DNA from: Pseudomonadota bacterium
GTDB taxonomy: Bacteria; Bdellovibrionota_C; UBA2361; OMII01
DNA: 64,000 bases
Direction: 5' to 3'
Assembly: GCA_038134595.1 (NCBI GenBank)
Contig: JAYPVM010000006.1
Coordinates: 101,864-165,863 of the forward strand
Under the pieces are notes generated by a model. The model was not told the origin of the DNA, did not search any database, and saw only the letters and a list, made by a program, of their open reading frames with translations. How positions within the stretch are numbered: the stretch's first letter is position 1; every line of letters begins with the position of its first letter. Shown one piece after another: positions 10,880 to 20,445 of this stretch. A program made the position numbers and the translations under genes.

Positions 10880-11632
10880 ATGAGACTAAAGACGACGCCA
10901 CAAAATATATCTGATCACGCTACTATGACTTCCCTAAACCACAGGCCACACAGCACTCAAGAGGTGCAAAGGATGTTCGACAGCATTGCTCCGACCTATG
11001 ACATTCTAAACCTGATGTTAAGTGGCGGAAGTCACAGGAGGTGGGAATCAAAGCTCGTAGACTCACTACCAGAAGCGACCTCGGGAATATGCCTCGATAT
11101 CTGTACAGGCACAGGCGCGTTAATACCCAGATTGGCACGAAGGTTTTCATCTGTTGTCGGTCTTGATGTTTCTCCAAATATGCTCTCTATCGCAAAACGA
11201 AAGTATGGCAGTATGCATAAGGTTTCTTTCATAGAAGCCGATGCCCAAAAGCTACCGTTTTCTGATAACTGCTTTGACCGAATCACTGTTGCATACGGGG
11301 TTCGAAACTTACCGGACTATCGTACTGGCCTTAAAGAGATCAAACGAGTTCTTAAGCCAGGAGGTGTGGTGGGCATTCTCGAGTTTGGGCAACCAAGCGT
11401 TCCGGTATGGCGTCAGGCGTTCAATCTCTATTCCAGAACACTTATGCCACTACTGGGTCGAATCGTCTCAGGAGACTCCCATGCCTATAGATATCTTCCG
11501 AAAACAGCCGCCGCATTTCCATGCGGAAAAGCATTCGAAAATGATTTAATCGCCTGTGGCCTCTCTCCGACTAAAACCCACTCATGTTTGGGAGGCATTG
11601 CATATATTTATGTGGCTAACAAAAGGACGTAG
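10880..11632 (+). CDS. ubiE: Ubiquinone/menaquinone biosynthesis methyltransferase UbiE/MenG
   Basis: MFDSIAPTYDILN, LDICTGTG, LPFSDNCFD, RVLKPGG and AYRYLP; start may be ATG 10925. Confidence 0.92.
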   Translation: MRLKTTPQNISDHATMTSLNHRPHSTQEVQRMFDSIAPTYDILNLMLSGGSHRRWESKLVDSLPEATSGICLDICTGTGALIPRLARRFSSVVGLDVSPNMLSIAKRKYGSMHKVSFIEADAQKLPFSDNCFDRITVAYGVRNLPDYRTGLKEIKRVLKPGGVVGILEFGQPSVPVWRQAFNLYSRTLMPLLGRIVSGDSHAYRYLPKTAAAFPCGKAFENDLIACGLSPTKTHSCLGGIAYIYVANKRT

Positions 11633-11640
11633 AGAAAGAG

Positions 11641-12243
11641 ATGCACGCACATCAAAAACAACGGTGGATAGTTGGTATAACCGGTGCGAGTGGAATTCGC
11701 TATGCGCAAAAACTTCTAGAAGTGCTTCCGAAGCTTGTCGACGAAGTCCATGTCGTGTTCTCCGAGGCTGCCCTTAGGGTTTTAAAGGACGAGGAAGGCA
11801 TAATACTTCGCAGTGGAGCGGTATGCGCAAAGGAAGTTTGTGGACAAGATTACAGCAACATTTTCTTTTATAATCCCCGGGATATCGGAGCTAGAATCGC
11901 TTCCGGTACGATGATAGCACAAGGGATGGTTATCATTCCTTGTTCGATGGGAACACTCGGCGCCATTGCTCACGGAATATCAAATCATTTAGTTCATCGA
12001 GCCGCTGACGTCACTCTAAAGGAAGGACGAAAACTTATCGTGGTTCCGCGTGAAGCCCCCCTTTCCACAATACATCTGAAGAATATGCTTATCCTCTCGG
12101 AGCTAGGCGCACGTATTATTCCGGCCATGCCAGGTTTTTACAACTCCCCGAAGTCAATCGATGATTTAGTCTCGCATTTTATCATGAAGGTCCTTGACTC
12201 AATGGGAATTCACACCGACCTAGCAAAGCGCTGGTTAGAGTAG
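11641..12243 (+). CDS. ubiX: Flavin prenyltransferase UbiX
   Basis: VGITGASG, IASG, PCSMGTL, RAADVTLKEGR, PREAPL and PAMPGFY. Confidence 0.95.
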   Translation: MHAHQKQRWIVGITGASGIRYAQKLLEVLPKLVDEVHVVFSEAALRVLKDEEGIILRSGAVCAKEVCGQDYSNIFFYNPRDIGARIASGTMIAQGMVIIPCSMGTLGAIAHGISNHLVHRAADVTLKEGRKLIVVPREAPLSTIHLKNMLILSELGARIIPAMPGFYNSPKSIDDLVSHFIMKVLDSMGIHTDLAKRWLE

Positions 12244-12294
12244 GTCAATTTTCATCTAGAAGCCCCAACTGCAACAGAGTACACTACAAGGGCT

Positions 12295-13101
12295 ATGAAG
12301 AACCTCCTTATCAAGGCGACATACACTCTTATTCTCTATTGCTCTGCCGTAGGAGGATTTTTGTTTTTGGGACTACCGACCCAGAACCTTGAGGCTAGTC
12401 AAAACATGACAAGCCATATCGTAGATGTGACCATTCGAAACCTCGCGCTACTAGTCTCATGGGATGTAATGGTAGGGCTCTTTTTTCTGTGGCATTCTAA
12501 GCGTAGCAACAACGACCCTAATGCGGGAGGATATGGCATAGCAACTGCACTCGTTACCTTGGTCACTCTGTTCATACTTCAGGCTTGTCGAGCTCAAATG
12601 AGCCATATTCAGTTTATCATTCTCCTGCTCGCTCTCGGATTTCGGGGTATGGGAAAAGGGAGCTGGGAAAACAATCGTCCTCAAGTGGGCATGCCATCAT
12701 CCCTTGCTTCTCACTCTTTATTGGCGGCTCTATCTTTTTCTGTGTTCTATAATGGCACACCTCCATGGCAAACAATTCCTTTGAGCATCGCCATAGGCTC
12801 TATCGTTGCATCAGCAGAACTATCTCAAAACCGCTCAAGCATTAACCGAACACCCTTTCCCGGTCTCTCCCCTTTATACCGAGTAATAACCATACTCGGC
12901 CCGCTGATTATTACAACATCGGCCTTCGTGGGACTACTCGAACGCCCTTATACCTACTTCCTGATCGCTCTATTTATGAGCGTGACTCATGTCAGAAAAT
13001 CTGATAAGCAGACGCCGATTCCTCCCGAAGCCCGGTATATGGGTGCTGTGATTAGCTCGGCATCTATCGTAGGATTACTTGCAATTCGTGCCAGTCTTTA
13101 A
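12295..13101 (+). CDS. Multi-pass membrane protein, possibly a distant MenA/UbiA-fold homolog
   Basis: About 8 hydrophobic segments; follows ubiE-ubiX on the same strand; only weak MenA-like patches. Confidence 0.55.
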   Translation: MKNLLIKATYTLILYCSAVGGFLFLGLPTQNLEASQNMTSHIVDVTIRNLALLVSWDVMVGLFFLWHSKRSNNDPNAGGYGIATALVTLVTLFILQACRAQMSHIQFIILLLALGFRGMGKGSWENNRPQVGMPSSLASHSLLAALSFSVFYNGTPPWQTIPLSIAIGSIVASAELSQNRSSINRTPFPGLSPLYRVITILGPLIITTSAFVGLLERPYTYFLIALFMSVTHVRKSDKQTPIPPEARYMGAVISSASIVGLLAIRASL

Positions 13102-13235
13102 CCAAACGCACAGGAGGGAAGAGCTTCCGCAACCGGCAAAATAGTTAAGTTTCATCTGGACTTGTTGACAAAAGAAATCTACCCTTTGCTCCAACATAGT
13201 AAAATACTGTTATCTCTTCTACGGGAGGCTCTTTC

Positions 13236-14036
13236 ATGCAGCACAATAGACCTCGATTTCAATTTTATCTGCCGATAATCGGCGTCCTGGCAGCAATTAC
13301 CATCGCAACCTGCCCACTCAGAGCAGAGTCGAGAACAAAATCCGTCGGCACAGAAGTCTCGCAGCACTCCCTTCGTCTGAATGAACAAGGGGCGCAAGCT
13401 GTTAAGGAAAGAAGATTTAAAGATGCCGAACAGCTCTTTAAGAAATCTCTCGAGAGAGATGCATCCAATATAACAGCAGTCGTTAACCTAGCCGGCATGT
13501 ATATTACAAACAAGAAAGAGACTCTTGCCATCAGCCTCTTATCTGAATACACAAAAAAATCACCCACTGATGCATATCTTCAGGCGAGACTGGGAGATGC
13601 TTTCTTCGCTGCAAAAAAATCCTCTCAAGCTATCCGCGCCTACGAAAAAGCCCTTTCACTAGACCCCTCACTCGTACCTCCTTTAGTACGACTTGCGTCC
13701 CTGTACACAATGAGCAACAAACTGGAACAAGCACGAGATATGTACATCCGCGCGGTCACTGCGAATCCTCAGGATGCACGGTCACTAAACAATCTAAGCA
13801 GCCTCTACCTCGGACTAGGAGATCCAAAAAGTGCGATAGCAACTGCAAAGAAGGCGCTACGAGTCTCGAGCACAAGCGAAACATATGTAACATTAGGCAA
13901 TGCATACCAACGAGTTGGAGACCGTAGAAATGCACTACACTCATTCAAAAGAGCTCGCCAAATGGGTAGTAAAGAGCCTAAACTTACCGCCGTTATCCAA
14001 GAGCTCGAGGCTACCCAGAGCAACGCTCACTCTTGA
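13236..14036 (+). CDS. Exported TPR-repeat protein
   Basis: N-terminal signal peptide; repeated TPR motifs (AIRAYEKALSLDP, SLNNLSSLYLGLG, YVTLGNAYQRVG). Confidence 0.88.
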   Translation: MQHNRPRFQFYLPIIGVLAAITIATCPLRAESRTKSVGTEVSQHSLRLNEQGAQAVKERRFKDAEQLFKKSLERDASNITAVVNLAGMYITNKKETLAISLLSEYTKKSPTDAYLQARLGDAFFAAKKSSQAIRAYEKALSLDPSLVPPLVRLASLYTMSNKLEQARDMYIRAVTANPQDARSLNNLSSLYLGLGDPKSAIATAKKALRVSSTSETYVTLGNAYQRVGDRRNALHSFKRARQMGSKEPKLTAVIQELEATQSNAHS

Positions 14037-14220
14037 AATACCCCAAGAACATAAAAACGCTATATAATTCGTGGCTAGCCTTAGAGCCCAAACTTGACTA
14101 TTCTAGGCCTCTGAGACCATCGCCACTTTCTGCCAAGATAGAAGAGGCTGTATCGTCGAAACTAGATTTGTCACGGACATACCGTGGTAAGCAGTAAACT
14201 CAAAAAACACCAGGAACCTT

Positions 14221-14583
14221 ATGTCTTACGAATTTTATAAAGCACTTCATCTTTTGGGATTATCTCTTACTCTCTTATCATTCGGCGGAATTTTAGTATT
14301 TGCGATAAATGGAGGCACAAAGGCATCTAACCAATTTAAAAAGGGAGTAATGATTTCTCACGGCGTGGGCCTTTTGCTTTTACTCGTCGCTGGCTTTGGT
14401 ATGTTAGCGAAACTTCAGATATCTGGATTCCCAACATGGGTCGTCCTCAAAATAATCATATGGCTACTCTTCGGCGGTTTGATAGCAATGGCCTACAAGC
14501 AAAACCTGGCCAGAAAACTTTGGTTGCTCATTCCAGCTCTCGTGGTACTTGCTACCATCCTTGCAAACTCCAAGCCCATGTAG
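14221..14583 (+). CDS. Small 4-TM membrane protein, SirB2/HemJ-like fold
   Basis: YKALH in TM1, WVVLK and C-terminal KP; AGGA RBS. Confidence 0.65.
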   Translation: MSYEFYKALHLLGLSLTLLSFGGILVFAINGGTKASNQFKKGVMISHGVGLLLLLVAGFGMLAKLQISGFPTWVVLKIIIWLLFGGLIAMAYKQNLARKLWLLIPALVVLATILANSKPM

Positions 14584-14636
14584 CCCCTGAGAGTGATTTC
14601 ATTCATACATTTGATCCACACATTCGATCCACATTG

Positions 14637-15533
14637 TTAATGTAAAACACTATTGACGAGCCCCTCTTGTGTTGCGAATAAAGCCAACTGTGGCTCCGAA
14701 AATTCGTACTCTACAGGGTGCAGTAGTTTCTGCGGCGCAATCTCTCTCATTGCCTGTAAAAGTGGCCTATGAGCATCTGGCCTTAACCAGTGAAAGCATC
14801 GCTCCGACGCTAATTTTTGGGCTGCATAGCCTTTGGGACGACCACCATGCGCAAGCTGTGAAAGACTATGCAGGTGAACAAAATCACCGTATTGATTCAA
14901 CAAAGAGGCGAACTTTGTCGCATCGGATCTCCAATCACCGTAAGGCAGTAATGGTGCTACTTGTATGCCAACCCGCATCCCAAAATGCCGCAACGTTCTA
15001 ATGGCCTTAAGGCGCTCCGAGATCAAGGGCATATTGGGCATATAGCGTTTTGCTACTTCATCACAATCTGTTTCTATTCCCATCGTAATAAAAGTATTCT
15101 TCCTGACTCTCTTTAAAACAGGTATACCGATGACAATAAGTGGAGAACGCGTCTGGATGACAAGTCGCCCAGGAACAAAACGTTCAAACAACTGTAAAAA
15201 CCTCATGCTTGTAGCAAATTTCTCATCGAACGGATGAAACGGATCAGTGGTATTTCCAAAAACAACCGTTGCCCGCCTTAACTCTCCCCTCCGAGAAAGC
15301 CTACTGAGAGTTCGCTCCAATTCATGCACCGGTTCGCCTCCCTCGAGCAAATAGCGGCTTCTGAGCATTTGGTTCGACGCACCGTCTACGTCGCCAAGAG
15401 CTAAAGATATCAAATCATTAGATTGAGAGACTCGTCCCATTGAGATGCCCCCCGCATAGGAATCAACTACAATGATAGACCTGTCGTGACAAACATGCTC
15501 TTTCGTGTTGTGCTTACCCATACTCATCGCCAT
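14637..15533 (-). CDS. Radical-SAM-like protein (SplB/Rv2578c-related) lacking CxxxCxxC
   Basis: GNTTDPFHP, IQTRSPLI, ERLKAIRTL and VAPLLP match the family core; no Cys triad. Start placed at ATG 15533 after GGAG. Confidence 0.7.
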   Translation of the reverse strand: MAMSMGKHNTKEHVCHDRSIIVVDSYAGGISMGRVSQSNDLISLALGDVDGASNQMLRSRYLLEGGEPVHELERTLSRLSRRGELRRATVVFGNTTDPFHPFDEKFATSMRFLQLFERFVPGRLVIQTRSPLIVIGIPVLKRVRKNTFITMGIETDCDEVAKRYMPNMPLISERLKAIRTLRHFGMRVGIQVAPLLPYGDWRSDATKFASLLNQYGDFVHLHSLSQLAHGGRPKGYAAQKLASERCFHWLRPDAHRPLLQAMREIAPQKLLHPVEYEFSEPQLALFATQEGLVNSVLH

Positions 15534-15832
15534 CTCCGCTTTACTCAAATTCTGTTGAACCCCCAAAATACTTCAAGCTACTTAAACTTTAGACGCCGAA
15601 AGACCTAAATAGGTTCAAGCTAATTAAAGCAACTTCTTAGCCCTCCTTAACCTACTGTATTAACTAACTTATTAGTTCAATTTCCCATTCTGTCCGACTA
15701 AGCTCCATAGGAATCAACATCAGCAAATGACCTTTTTGGGATTTACTTCTTAGTGCTCTTAGGTAAAGATTCAGCTACGATAAAACAGTAAGAATACAAC
15801 CGAATAACGTTTCTGTTGGGAAGGAGTTTGCT

Positions 15833-16159
15833 ATGGCAGGTAATGTCGCAGAGATAAGCGATGCAGAATTTGATGAAAAAGTACTGAAGGCTTCCAACGT
15901 GGTAGTGGTAGACTTTTGGGCTCCATGGTGTGGTCCATGCAAGAGCATCGCTCCTGTATTGGAAGAAGTTGCATCCGACCTCGGAGATGCTGTGGCAATT
16001 TACAAGATAAACGTTGATGACAACAACAAGAGCCCAGCTCAATACAACGTTCGGGCTATACCAAACCTAATTATCTTCAAAGGTGGTGCAGAGGTTGATA
16101 GAGTGGTCGGTGCAGTACCTAAAGAGCAACTAGTAGATACTATCAAGAAAGCGCTCTAG
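15833..16159 (+). CDS. trxA: Thioredoxin
   Basis: DFWAPWCGPCK, 108 aa, AAGGAG RBS. Confidence 0.97.
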   Translation: MAGNVAEISDAEFDEKVLKASNVVVVDFWAPWCGPCKSIAPVLEEVASDLGDAVAIYKINVDDNNKSPAQYNVRAIPNLIIFKGGAEVDRVVGAVPKEQLVDTIKKAL

Positions 16160-16222
16160 ACCTGTTAACTGAACCGTGCAGTGCCATTCACAACGAGTGC
16201 ACTGACAAACAGGCATACTGCT

Positions 16223-16275
16223 GACCGCCACAAGTCCAAACCTCAGCGAGGAACCTGTGGCGGTCTCTTTACTTT
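16223..16275 (+). terminator. Putative intrinsic terminator after trxA
   Basis: GACCGCCACA...TGTGGCGGTC stem followed by TCTTTACTTT. Confidence 0.55.
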
Positions 16276-16296
16276 AGGCCCGGCAATTACATCAGC

Positions 16297-17175
16297 ATGA
16301 AACCTTCCGCAAAAAATTGGTTTGCACTAACGGTCACTCCCACCCAAGAAAATCCAGATAGCGAATTAATCGATAGCATCTCGCTTAATCTAATGGAGCT
16401 TGGCGCCGCAGGGACAGCTGTAATGCAAGCGCCAGATATTGTGGCGTATATCGAAGGCGATGAAGCCTCATGCAGAGCCATACAAAATTGCCTTGCCCAA
16501 ATCGGTTGTACAGAAAAATCACTTCATAAATTAGAAGACTCGAACTGGCTAGGCAGCTGTCCCGACATCTGGGAACCACAAAAAATTGACGACCTAACCA
16601 TTATTCCCGTGGAATCGCTGGATGCGGCAAAAGCCATCCCGAATACCGACGAAATACAACTTATCCCGGGACAAGGATTTGGAACAGGTCATCATGCCAC
16701 AACCCGCATGATGATTTCGGCAATTCAAAAAAGTGCTATGTATTTTAAAGATAGATCAGAGGTTTGTATTCTAGACGTTGGCACCGGTAGTGGCATTCTA
16801 GCAATAGCTGCGACGAAACTAGTTTCTTCGTGCCACGTAAATGCTATCGACATCGACGAAGATGCACTTTCTAATGCTCGCGAAAACTGTCTCCTTAACA
16901 AGGTTGCGCAAAAAATAGAATTATCAACAACTCCCGTAGAAGATATCGTAGATGCATATGATATGATACTTGCCAACGTCTACGGAGAGGTTTTAATTCA
17001 AATGGCGCCTGATTTCGGTCGAATTAGCAAATCGGGCACGATTGTTTTGCTGTCAGGAATTACTGAAATTGTCTGGCCATCGGTACAAAATGCATTCATG
17101 CAGCAAGGAGGCTGGAAAGTTACCAATATTACCCAGGAAGGCGAATGGATGTGTGCAGATTTACGTCGACTGTAG
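16297..17175 (+). CDS. prmA: Ribosomal protein L11 methyltransferase
   Basis: PGQGFGTGHHATT, LDVGTGSGILAIAA, DID, ILAN and LSGI. Confidence 0.93.
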   Translation: MKPSAKNWFALTVTPTQENPDSELIDSISLNLMELGAAGTAVMQAPDIVAYIEGDEASCRAIQNCLAQIGCTEKSLHKLEDSNWLGSCPDIWEPQKIDDLTIIPVESLDAAKAIPNTDEIQLIPGQGFGTGHHATTRMMISAIQKSAMYFKDRSEVCILDVGTGSGILAIAATKLVSSCHVNAIDIDEDALSNARENCLLNKVAQKIELSTTPVEDIVDAYDMILANVYGEVLIQMAPDFGRISKSGTIVLLSGITEIVWPSVQNAFMQQGGWKVTNITQEGEWMCADLRRL

Positions 17176-17562
17176 CAACATCCACAACCGGCATCATGCA
17201 TCTGCCTTTAGACTTCGATAGCATGCATCTTACGTGAGAGATTATCCCCAACAAAAAACGTACAGAAACAACTTCACACTTACTTTCCAGATATTTTGCT
17301 AGATCAACGTTTACGAGACTGATTAGGAGCCCTTTGGGTGGCAACGCCCTGGCACTACATACATGATATATGCCCTTCCCTGAAAGAATAACCGTTCTGA
17401 TCATTATCCGTTGCCTAGTCGAAGTAACATCTCTTATTATAGAAGGAATATATATTGTTTAATTCCCTCCTCACGGGGAGAATCACCGACATAACGGGTT
17501 CCACAGAGTACTGTTCGTGACGAAGCGCTTACCAGTATAGGATTAGGAGATTTATAGATAAT

Positions 17563-18594
17563 ATGAAGGCTATATTTTTCGATGAGCACGGGGATATCAA
17601 CGTTTTAAAGCATGCAGATCTACCAGAACCTGAGCCAAAACCAGGTGAGGCTTTAATACGAGTCCGAGCTGTTGCACTCAATCACCTCGACATATGGGTC
17701 CGAAAAGGTTGGCCAGGACTTCATCTTCCTCTACCCCATATCGGTGGGGCTGACATTGCAGGAGAGATAGTTTCAATCAACTCGCCTGGTTCGACATGGT
17801 CCACTGGCTCCCGTGTTATTATATATCCCGGCATAACTACGGCCGACGACGAATGGACAAGAACTGGACAAGAGAGCTTAAGTCCTGGATACAAGATTGT
17901 TGGAGAACAAACTCAGGGAGGATTTGCTGAGTTTGTCACTGTGCCGACGCAAAACTTGTTCCGCTTGCCGGATGGGATATCATTTGAAGATGGTGCCGCC
18001 CCGCTACTAGTGGGTGTGACCGCATGGAGAATGCTTTTCACCCGTGCTCAGCTCACAGCGGGAGATTCAGTGCTCGTTGTCGGATCGGGCGGAGGGGTCA
18101 ATTCCCTCTCTATTATGCTTGCCAGAAGTGCTGGCGCTCACGTCATTGCTTTGGCTGGAAACGCAACGAAATGTGACCGTGCCCTTCAAATTGGTGCTCA
18201 TAGTGTCATCGATTACTCCAAGAATCTCGACTGGCATACGGAGGTCTTAAAATTAACCAAAGGTCGGGGCGTCGATATTGTGGTTGATAACGTAGGCTCA
18301 AGAACAATGCACAAGAGCCTTCGAAGTGTTGCCCGAGGTGGAAAAATCGTAACCGTGGGCAATACAAAGGGTTTCGAATTATCTTTTGACAATCGATTGC
18401 TCTTTACAAAACAAGTTTCCTTGGTGGGGTCAACTATGGGTAGTAGACAAGACTTTATAGAGGCGATTGACTATATATTTAAAAATAATATTAAAATCCC
18501 AATCGATACGGTCGCACCACTAGCCCAGGGTATTCAGATGATAAAAAAATTAGAAGACGGCGATCATTTCGGAAAACTGGTATTAGCTCCGTAA
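17563..18594 (+). CDS. MDR-superfamily (zinc-binding dehydrogenase/quinone oxidoreductase-like) oxidoreductase
   Basis: ALNHLDIWVRKG, LPHIGGADIAGE, GGFAEF, GSTMGS and HFGKLVL. Confidence 0.9.
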   Translation: MKAIFFDEHGDINVLKHADLPEPEPKPGEALIRVRAVALNHLDIWVRKGWPGLHLPLPHIGGADIAGEIVSINSPGSTWSTGSRVIIYPGITTADDEWTRTGQESLSPGYKIVGEQTQGGFAEFVTVPTQNLFRLPDGISFEDGAAPLLVGVTAWRMLFTRAQLTAGDSVLVVGSGGGVNSLSIMLARSAGAHVIALAGNATKCDRALQIGAHSVIDYSKNLDWHTEVLKLTKGRGVDIVVDNVGSRTMHKSLRSVARGGKIVTVGNTKGFELSFDNRLLFTKQVSLVGSTMGSRQDFIEAIDYIFKNNIKIPIDTVAPLAQGIQMIKKLEDGDHFGKLVLAP

Positions 18595-18626
18595 TCAATA
18601 CTACTACGCTCTCTTAATTTTCAGGC

Positions 18627-20060
18627 TTATTGCACCGAGTGTTTAGGAGCATCGTTTCTCGATTCCACCAGCAACGTAATTCGCTCGCACAGTCTTACGT
18701 GGTCCTTATTGTCGAAATCCATAAGTGACAATCCTAGCGCGTTCTCTATCACGGCTTCTATATCTCGAGCCTGATCTGCAGATACAGCCATGTCTATCTC
18801 ACCTCGAAGCACACCCGGAACAAATTCATAGAGCCCATTCGGAAATTCTACAATGTGGCGTACCCTACCCTGCCAGCGATTAACACAGGCCTCTATCGTC
18901 TTTTCTCTGATACCCGCTGAACGCGCCTGCGCCCGAAACAACGCAACCTCTCCACCCAAATGAACACCCGAAAGGGGTCGAGAGAAAAATTTCATCTTAC
19001 GATCTTTGGACGTTCGATATGAAAGCATTGCTTGGACAATCTGAGAGGCCGACCTAAAGGCATCCCAGGGTGCTCGATGATTGCAATAAAACACGCCTTT
19101 TGTTTGGACCACTGAATAGGCTGATTCAAACCGCCCTCTTACATTACGTGAAAACAGCATTGCATCTACACACAGCCCCATTTCCTGACATGCCGCTTCA
19201 AAAACCGCATCGACGGCATGCTCTATCAAACGCTCCTTGTTAAATAGCAGAGCTGCTTCGTATATCTCAGGAGAGCGTTTAATGACTATTACTTTTGCTC
19301 CATCAGGGCACTCAAAACATCCATACGATTTACCCGCTCGAGCATCGTGTGGAATTACCCTGTACCTGCGATAGACCGCACTAACCTGAGATTTTGGAAT
19401 GGCTGCAACTTGGCCGCCTAAGGCAGTACCGGGCAATCGTTCATGTGCGGGATCAACCATTAAGCCCCCACCACGCGCTCGAATTGGCACTTCCGAGCCT
19501 ATGTCCCGAAATTGCACAATAAAGCACCCGCTCTTACTTTCTGCCTCAATATGATCAAACGCGATACGATCAAGGACGACTGCTCCCTCTTGTCGTGCCG
19601 CAAGAACATACTCATTAATCAGCAAACGCTCATTAACATTATAGAGAGAGACGAACTTCTGAACTAACCTCTGTTGCGAACACCACGGTGAATCTATCTG
19701 AATATCCGCCTCAGTAATCAGATGTGGTGCGACATTCTTTTTTAATTTTGCAAGCAATCTCTTAGCGCGTAGAATGTTCAGAGGAGCATCTACAAGACTA
19801 TCGACGGCCCTGAAATCCCACGGTAGCGCATTAACTCCGATAGGCTCAGAGTCCAGCAGCAAAACAGAGAATCCCCTCAATGCCGCTTCGTGTGCGACCA
19901 GAGCACTCGTTAATCCGCCACCGAAGAGAATAAGATCAAAATCATGCTCCGATCTCAGTTTCTCCATGTTGGCTTCTCGAGTCGGAATCCTGGAGAAAAT
20001 ATCCCTATCCTCTACCTGGCCCGCATTCTCTTCATATAATGAAAGTAATTCATTCGTCAT
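18627..20060 (-). CDS. Degenerate glycerol-3-phosphate dehydrogenase (GlpD)-like protein
   Basis: FDLILFGGGLTSALVAHEAALRGFSVLLLD, NERLLINEYVLAARQEGA and a C-terminal GEIDMAVSADQARDIEAVI domain; start ATG 20060 overlaps the upstream gene end. Confidence 0.7.
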   Translation of the reverse strand: MTNELLSLYEENAGQVEDRDIFSRIPTREANMEKLRSEHDFDLILFGGGLTSALVAHEAALRGFSVLLLDSEPIGVNALPWDFRAVDSLVDAPLNILRAKRLLAKLKKNVAPHLITEADIQIDSPWCSQQRLVQKFVSLYNVNERLLINEYVLAARQEGAVVLDRIAFDHIEAESKSGCFIVQFRDIGSEVPIRARGGGLMVDPAHERLPGTALGGQVAAIPKSQVSAVYRRYRVIPHDARAGKSYGCFECPDGAKVIVIKRSPEIYEAALLFNKERLIEHAVDAVFEAACQEMGLCVDAMLFSRNVRGRFESAYSVVQTKGVFYCNHRAPWDAFRSASQIVQAMLSYRTSKDRKMKFFSRPLSGVHLGGEVALFRAQARSAGIREKTIEACVNRWQGRVRHIVEFPNGLYEFVPGVLRGEIDMAVSADQARDIEAVIENALGLSLMDFDNKDHVRLCERITLLVESRNDAPKHSVQ

Positions 20061-20445
20061 CAAAATGCACCTTCCATTCCTTTCCTTGTGGAATTTTGAT
20101 CTGCCAAATTCCAGCCGGCATATTTCGAAAGACACATCGACGTGTCGCGTTTAAGATCACACTTCGATCCGCTGCTAGCCCGCTAATATTTACTGCTCGA
20201 CATTCTTGACTGCTATCAGAATCAGATAATACGCCCGTCCCAATGTCACTTTTGATGGTAACAACCACTACAATTGGAGAGCGAACTACTTTAATCGCCC
20301 GTACAAGACCGGCAGAATCAAGGATTTTGAGCTCACTCGCGTATCCAGATGCCGCCCAAAACAATGTAAGGATCAAAGCACAGACGGGTCTCGCAATAAA
20401 TCGAAGGCAATTACATTGACTCGGCACGTTACGATACCCCGACAT
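20050..20445 (-). CDS. Hypothetical exported protein
   Basis: Signal-peptide-like ALILTLFWAASGYA; overlaps the purD stop and the glpD-like start. Confidence 0.55.
   Translation of the reverse strand: MSGYRNVPSQCNCLRFIARPVCALILTLFWAASGYASELKILDSAGLVRAIKVVRSPIVVVVTIKSDIGTGVLSDSDSSQECRAVNISGLAADRSVILNATRRCVFRNMPAGIWQIKIPQGKEWKVHFDDE

Noticed and set aside
13165..13200. Perfect TTGACA upstream of the TPR gene
   Set aside because: No credible -10 element at 16-18 nt spacing.
14608..14633. 13-bp tandem repeat CATTTGATCCACA/CATTCGATCCACA
   Set aside because: Only two copies between convergent genes; no evidence of function.
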